From contig JALDRA010000001.1 in the NCBI GenBank assembly GCA_031316235.1, positions 3,030,001 to 3,062,000 of the forward strand: a stretch of 32,000 bases of DNA, given 5' to 3'. Origin of the DNA: Candidatus Scalindua sp. Lineage in GTDB: Bacteria; Planctomycetota; Brocadiia; Brocadiales; Scalinduaceae. Of the stretch, positions 28,782 through 32,000 are shown one piece after another; within the stretch, counting starts at the first letter, position 1, and every line of letters starts with the position of its first letter. The notes under the pieces were generated by a model, which had not been told where the DNA came from, ran no database searches, and saw only the letters and a program-made list of their open reading frames with translations. Both the position numbers and the translations under genes were made by a program.

Positions 28782-29557
28782 AATTATCTTAATCCTCCTT
28801 AGTTTTCTGTTTACCAGGTTCAGCGTCAGGACCAACAGGGACGCAAGCATACGTGTGATATCACCAAGATCGGTGTGATGATAAAAAAGAGGAAACCGGT
28901 ACGCTGAATACAAAGCAGAGCTAGCCGGTTACTTCACATATCTCATCATTGTTCTCGGCATCATGCCAAACGGCGGTGTGGAAGATGTTATTGTGACAGA
29001 CAAAACTCTCAATGTTTTATCTTAAAACCGGAGGTTTAACAGGTTTTGTTCTCACCGTGCACCCTTTATCGTTCGCCGTAAATAGTGTTTGAACGCCAAC
29101 TACCCGTCTACGGTGCTGCCGCAATAATGACCTGATCCTCACGCACTTGAGTATGCTCAGGTTACGTAATTATTACGTGTCTTGTACCTGAACACTTACC
29201 GTTCAAACACAGGGTTTTCGTTCACGCACTAAATAGATAAGTAGCCGTACTTACTTCCACACTAAATAATAAATTAAAACTCATCGATTTCAACTGTTTT
29301 TTCAAAAATGGATAAATTTGAGCAGTAAATGTCACCAACTCTCCTGAAGAGATTGAACCGTTACATCCGCTTGAGTATGATTGTTTGTGTGATATTGTTT
29401 AAGTCTCTTAATATTAATAGGTTAATGCCTGCAATAGATTTGAACCATCGCAATTGCCAATAAAGATGGTTATTTTTCCTCCTAACCTAAACTTGTAAGC
29501 ATGCCGGTAAAACATCAATAGGCAGGATCTGGTTCAGGGAAAGACGATTTTGGATAA

Positions 29558-29813
29558 ATTCCTTTGTCTTTTTTGGTTGAAGCAGGACAGGAAGCTGAGG
29601 CGGATGAATTTGGGTTAAGATTGATATATTCTGCATTTGAAGAGACCAGCGGGGGTAGCAGAATTTTTTGAATTGATTGTCAGGGAAGAAGAGAAAGATC
29701 GTTCCCGGTTACTCTCCTGTGTGGGGACACATCCTTATACACCTGACAGGATAAAAAGATTGAAAAAGCTGATTTCAGAGATAAGAATTAACGAAAAGAA
29801 GGGATTCCGATAA
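29558..29813 (+). pseudogene. Relic of the C-terminus of an M48-family Zn metallopeptidase. It is frameshifted and lacks the HExxH region.
   Basis: Frame A (29558-29668) reads ...QEAEADEFGLRLIYSAFEETSGGSRIF* (E-x-E-A-D motif). The +1 frame from 29661 reads EFFELIVREEEKDRSRLLSCVGTHPYTPDRIKRLKKLISEI...* (THP-x4-RI end motif). The switch falls in a T6 run at 29664-29669. No upstream catalytic half was found. Confidence 0.6.
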
Positions 29814-30762
29814 ACTGCTCAGTCTCTTTCATTACCGTTTCCCGGTCAAAATCCCAAAAGATATGATGATTGGAGCTGTTGACCCAGATCAGTCTCTTAT
29901 CATGGGAAGCAACTGCTTGAAAGGCTTCATGAGCCGCTTTGGGTGATGCCGCTTCATCTTGAGAAGAATGAAAACAGAGAAGAGGAGACTGTATTGCCTT
30001 TAATATTTCATCTCTTTTCGCTTTTTTCCCTATCTCAACAAGCGTTTTTACCCCTTTCAGAGGAAACCATTGATACGAAAAAATTTTCCCTTTTGCCTCA
30101 GTTCTATTTACCTTGATATTGCCTGTTCCTTTGTGTATCCAGCGGAGAACAGGATTGAGTAGGGAAATCCATGTTTCAACCGGTAAAACATAATATTTTT
30201 TATACCTAATTCCAAAGAATGGTGCACCAAATACAAGTTTATCTACCGACACATCCTTTACAGCAACAGCACTCAGTGCACAACCCATCGAGTGCCCTAC
30301 GATCACAACCTCTTTATACTGTTTTTTCAAGTGTATCAATTCGTTACGAACGGCACGAATAAGTTCATCAGCACTCTTTTTTTCAAAATCGAAAGGGCTT
30401 GTTCCGTGGCCGGGTAACCGCATGACCCGTACTCGCCACCCCAGTTTTGCTAATCGATCTGGCAAGTCACTGAAATTGTTACTTCCACCGGCAAATCCAT
30501 GAACAAACAATACTGCTCCTGTTGAATCATAATTCCCCAGATCTCTGACTTCCGCACCAAGTAAAATGCCTGTAGAGGAATCACGAGGTGCACGTAAGTC
30601 TGATTGTCTTACGAGGTAATTGGTAATAATCCATGAGGCTGCAAATAGAAAAGTCAAAGGAAATGTTCCGTATATCATCCCTCTTTTCACTCTTGAAATG
30701 CGAGCAAAGTTCTCTCTTCTCCATCGTCTGCTTCTGTTATGTTTGTTCAGCGGATCGCTCAT
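29788..30762 (-). CDS. Alpha/beta hydrolase (lysophospholipase / monoacylglycerol lipase-like), membrane-anchored
   Basis: 324 aa. N-terminal TM helix (TFPLTFLFAASWIITNYLV). HGFAGG oxyanion motif. GHSMG nucleophile elbow. Distal Asp/His candidates (SSQDEA, SSNHHIF). Confidence 0.85.
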   Translation of the reverse strand: MSDPLNKHNRSRRWRRENFARISRVKRGMIYGTFPLTFLFAASWIITNYLVRQSDLRAPRDSSTGILLGAEVRDLGNYDSTGAVLFVHGFAGGSNNFSDLPDRLAKLGWRVRVMRLPGHGTSPFDFEKKSADELIRAVRNELIHLKKQYKEVVIVGHSMGCALSAVAVKDVSVDKLVFGAPFFGIRYKKYYVLPVETWISLLNPVLRWIHKGTGNIKVNRTEAKGKIFSYQWFPLKGVKTLVEIGKKAKRDEILKAIQSPLLCFHSSQDEAASPKAAHEAFQAVASHDKRLIWVNSSNHHIFWDFDRETVMKETEQFIGIPSFR

Positions 30763-30976
30763 TTTTCTCTTCTCTCTTCCGAATTAGAACTGGTTCTACG
30801 GTTTAAAAACGGCTGGCAAGGTGCTGATGTTGGTGGTGGTTTGATATCATCAACACTGTTTACTCTCGTTGAGGTGTTTACCTGTTACGGCTGGTTTGAA
30901 AGACGGGAGATCGTGAAAAGCCGGGTATCAAATATCTCAATTCCCCCTTCAGTGAATAACAATTAATAACATATTT

Positions 30977-31537
30977 TTACCAGAGCTTGATCTCTTCTCG
31001 AAGTGTTATCAGGTCTTCATCTTTAATGGCTATAGTTCGGAAGTTTGTATCTAATGATATGGCACGCTTCAGATATATCTTTGCTTTTTCAATGTTTCCA
31101 AGCTGGCATTCGTAACATGCCAGATTGTAAGGGATGATAGCATCTTCACTAAAACGTTCGATTGCCTGGAGCAGGATACGGCGTGCATCTGTAATTTTCT
31201 CATGCCGCCTTACTGCATACGCATAAGCCACCCAGGTATCTACCAGGTCTGGTTGCGTTTCCCAGAGAGTACGGGAAATTGTGACCGCCATTTCCCAATC
31301 TTCAGTATCAACAGATAACCGGTTCATTAACCATAAGTATACAGAGTTGTTGCGATATCCCTTTGGTACTTGCTGAAGTTCTTTTCTAGCCTCAGCATAC
31401 ATTTTCAAGTCCAGGTAGCCATCAGCCGCCATGAGCATTTTCTCTATTTGAACCGGAAATTCTTCTACCACAGACAACCTCCTCCCGAGTACGCTCATTC
31501 TGGTATAATAATACAATGCCAGAACAATAGATAACAT
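30977..31537 (-). CDS. TPR-like repeat protein
   Basis: 186 aa of helical repeats with TPR-type spacing (YAEARKELQQV, WEMAVTISRTLWE, AYAYAVRRHEKITDARRIL, YNLACYECQLGNIEKAKIYLKRAISLD). The start may instead be Met14 (31498). Confidence 0.65.
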   Translation of the reverse strand: MLSIVLALYYYTRMSVLGRRLSVVEEFPVQIEKMLMAADGYLDLKMYAEARKELQQVPKGYRNNSVYLWLMNRLSVDTEDWEMAVTISRTLWETQPDLVDTWVAYAYAVRRHEKITDARRILLQAIERFSEDAIIPYNLACYECQLGNIEKAKIYLKRAISLDTNFRTIAIKDEDLITLREEIKLW

Positions 31538-31569
31538 GTAGTTTGTTTTTTCTCTGTTTGTTTAAATAA

Positions 31570-31596
31570 TTGACTTTAAAGTGTCAGATTTATAAT
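31570..31596 (+). promoter_or_regulatory. Candidate sigma70-type promoter in the divergent intergenic region
   Basis: TTGACT (31570-31575) then TATAAT (31591-31596), but the spacer is a short 15 nt. Alternatively TAATAT at a 17-nt spacing. It lies about 330 nt upstream of the next + strand ATG. Confidence 0.35.
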
Positions 31597-31928
31597 ATAC
31601 ACTATCCCTACGGTAAAAGGTATCCCTATGAATATCCCTTGATTAGTTTACCTGTTTTTGGTTATTAATCGAGAGAAAAAATGTTGACTATTTCAAGTTG
31701 AGAGAAGGTCTTGACAAACGATATGTGGTTAAATCTCTGATAATATAAGACTTGCCGCATCTGTTTTTTTATGGGAGATTGAAATTTTATTAGTAAACTG
31801 CTTGCTGTTTGGGGGATGTATATAGAAAGCGGTAAGAATAATGAAGGAATAAGGCTCTATTACCTGCTGCTCACAGAGAAGCTGAAATTATATTACATTT
31901 TTATTAACGAGAAGGGAGTAAATGGTTT

Positions 31929-32000
31929 ATGAAATCAAGAAATAACATGGTTCATTTTTTACTGGCAGCTGTATTTTTATGCATGATCTTACCGGTCGGG
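31929..32000 (+). CDS. Start of a secreted or membrane protein (3' end outside the window)
   Basis: ATG 31929 with an AAGGGAG SD about 11 nt upstream. It encodes MKSRNNMVHFLLAAVFLCMILPVG..., which looks like a signal peptide. Confidence 0.4.
   Translation, partial: MKSRNNMVHFLLAAVFLCMILPVG

Noticed and set aside
28782-28913. N-terminal 44-aa extension of qNOR in the ORF track (and the similar guaA extension at 23739-23810).
   Set aside because: Internal ATGs (28781 and 23811) give canonical N-termini. The qNOR ATG is preceded by a perfect AAGGAGG, and the extensions have no SD.
30739-30966. 75-aa + strand ORF between the hydrolase and the TPR gene.
   Set aside because: It starts inside the hydrolase gene on the antisense strand. 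It has no SD and no recognisable features.

Overview
This is a low-GC (about 40% by eye) bacterial chromosomal window, gene-dense and mostly housekeeping. I cannot assign a lineage from the sequence alone. I did not find a CRISPR array, an intact mobile element, or a recognisable defence system.

Genes on the + strand, in order:
- mcsB (3' part), clpC and radA.
- Two tandem paralogous SHOCT-tailed lipoproteins.
- Two orphan small proteins.
- A YkgJ-type Cys-cluster protein and a probable rpoZ.
- A translationally coupled gldA/gldF/gldG-like ABC operon that ends in a 768-aa protein built from five DUF4340-like modules.
- moxR plus an overlapping orphan lipoprotein.
- rpmH, which is missing from the ORF track, and guaA.

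Genes on the - strand, in order:
- ispD, a HIT protein and a LysM/M23 peptidase.
- tRNA-Gly(CCC).
- clpP and tig.
- tRNA-Gly(GCC) and tRNA-Leu(UAG).
- A secreted orphan protein.
- A quinol-type NO reductase (qNOR) translationally coupled to a class IV aminotransferase.
- An alpha/beta hydrolase and a TPR protein.

Best candidates for undescribed biology:
1. The SHOCT lipoprotein pair.
2. The ABC + GldG + five-module DUF4340 operon.
3. MoxR with a non-canonical lipoprotein partner.
4. The GC-elevated qNOR locus, with its repeat- and palindrome-rich 0.65 kb upstream region and an adjacent frameshifted M48 peptidase relic.
5. Two structured ORF-free regions (12.56-12.76 kb and 19.35-19.88 kb).

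All family calls come from motif recognition by eye. No database searches were run.
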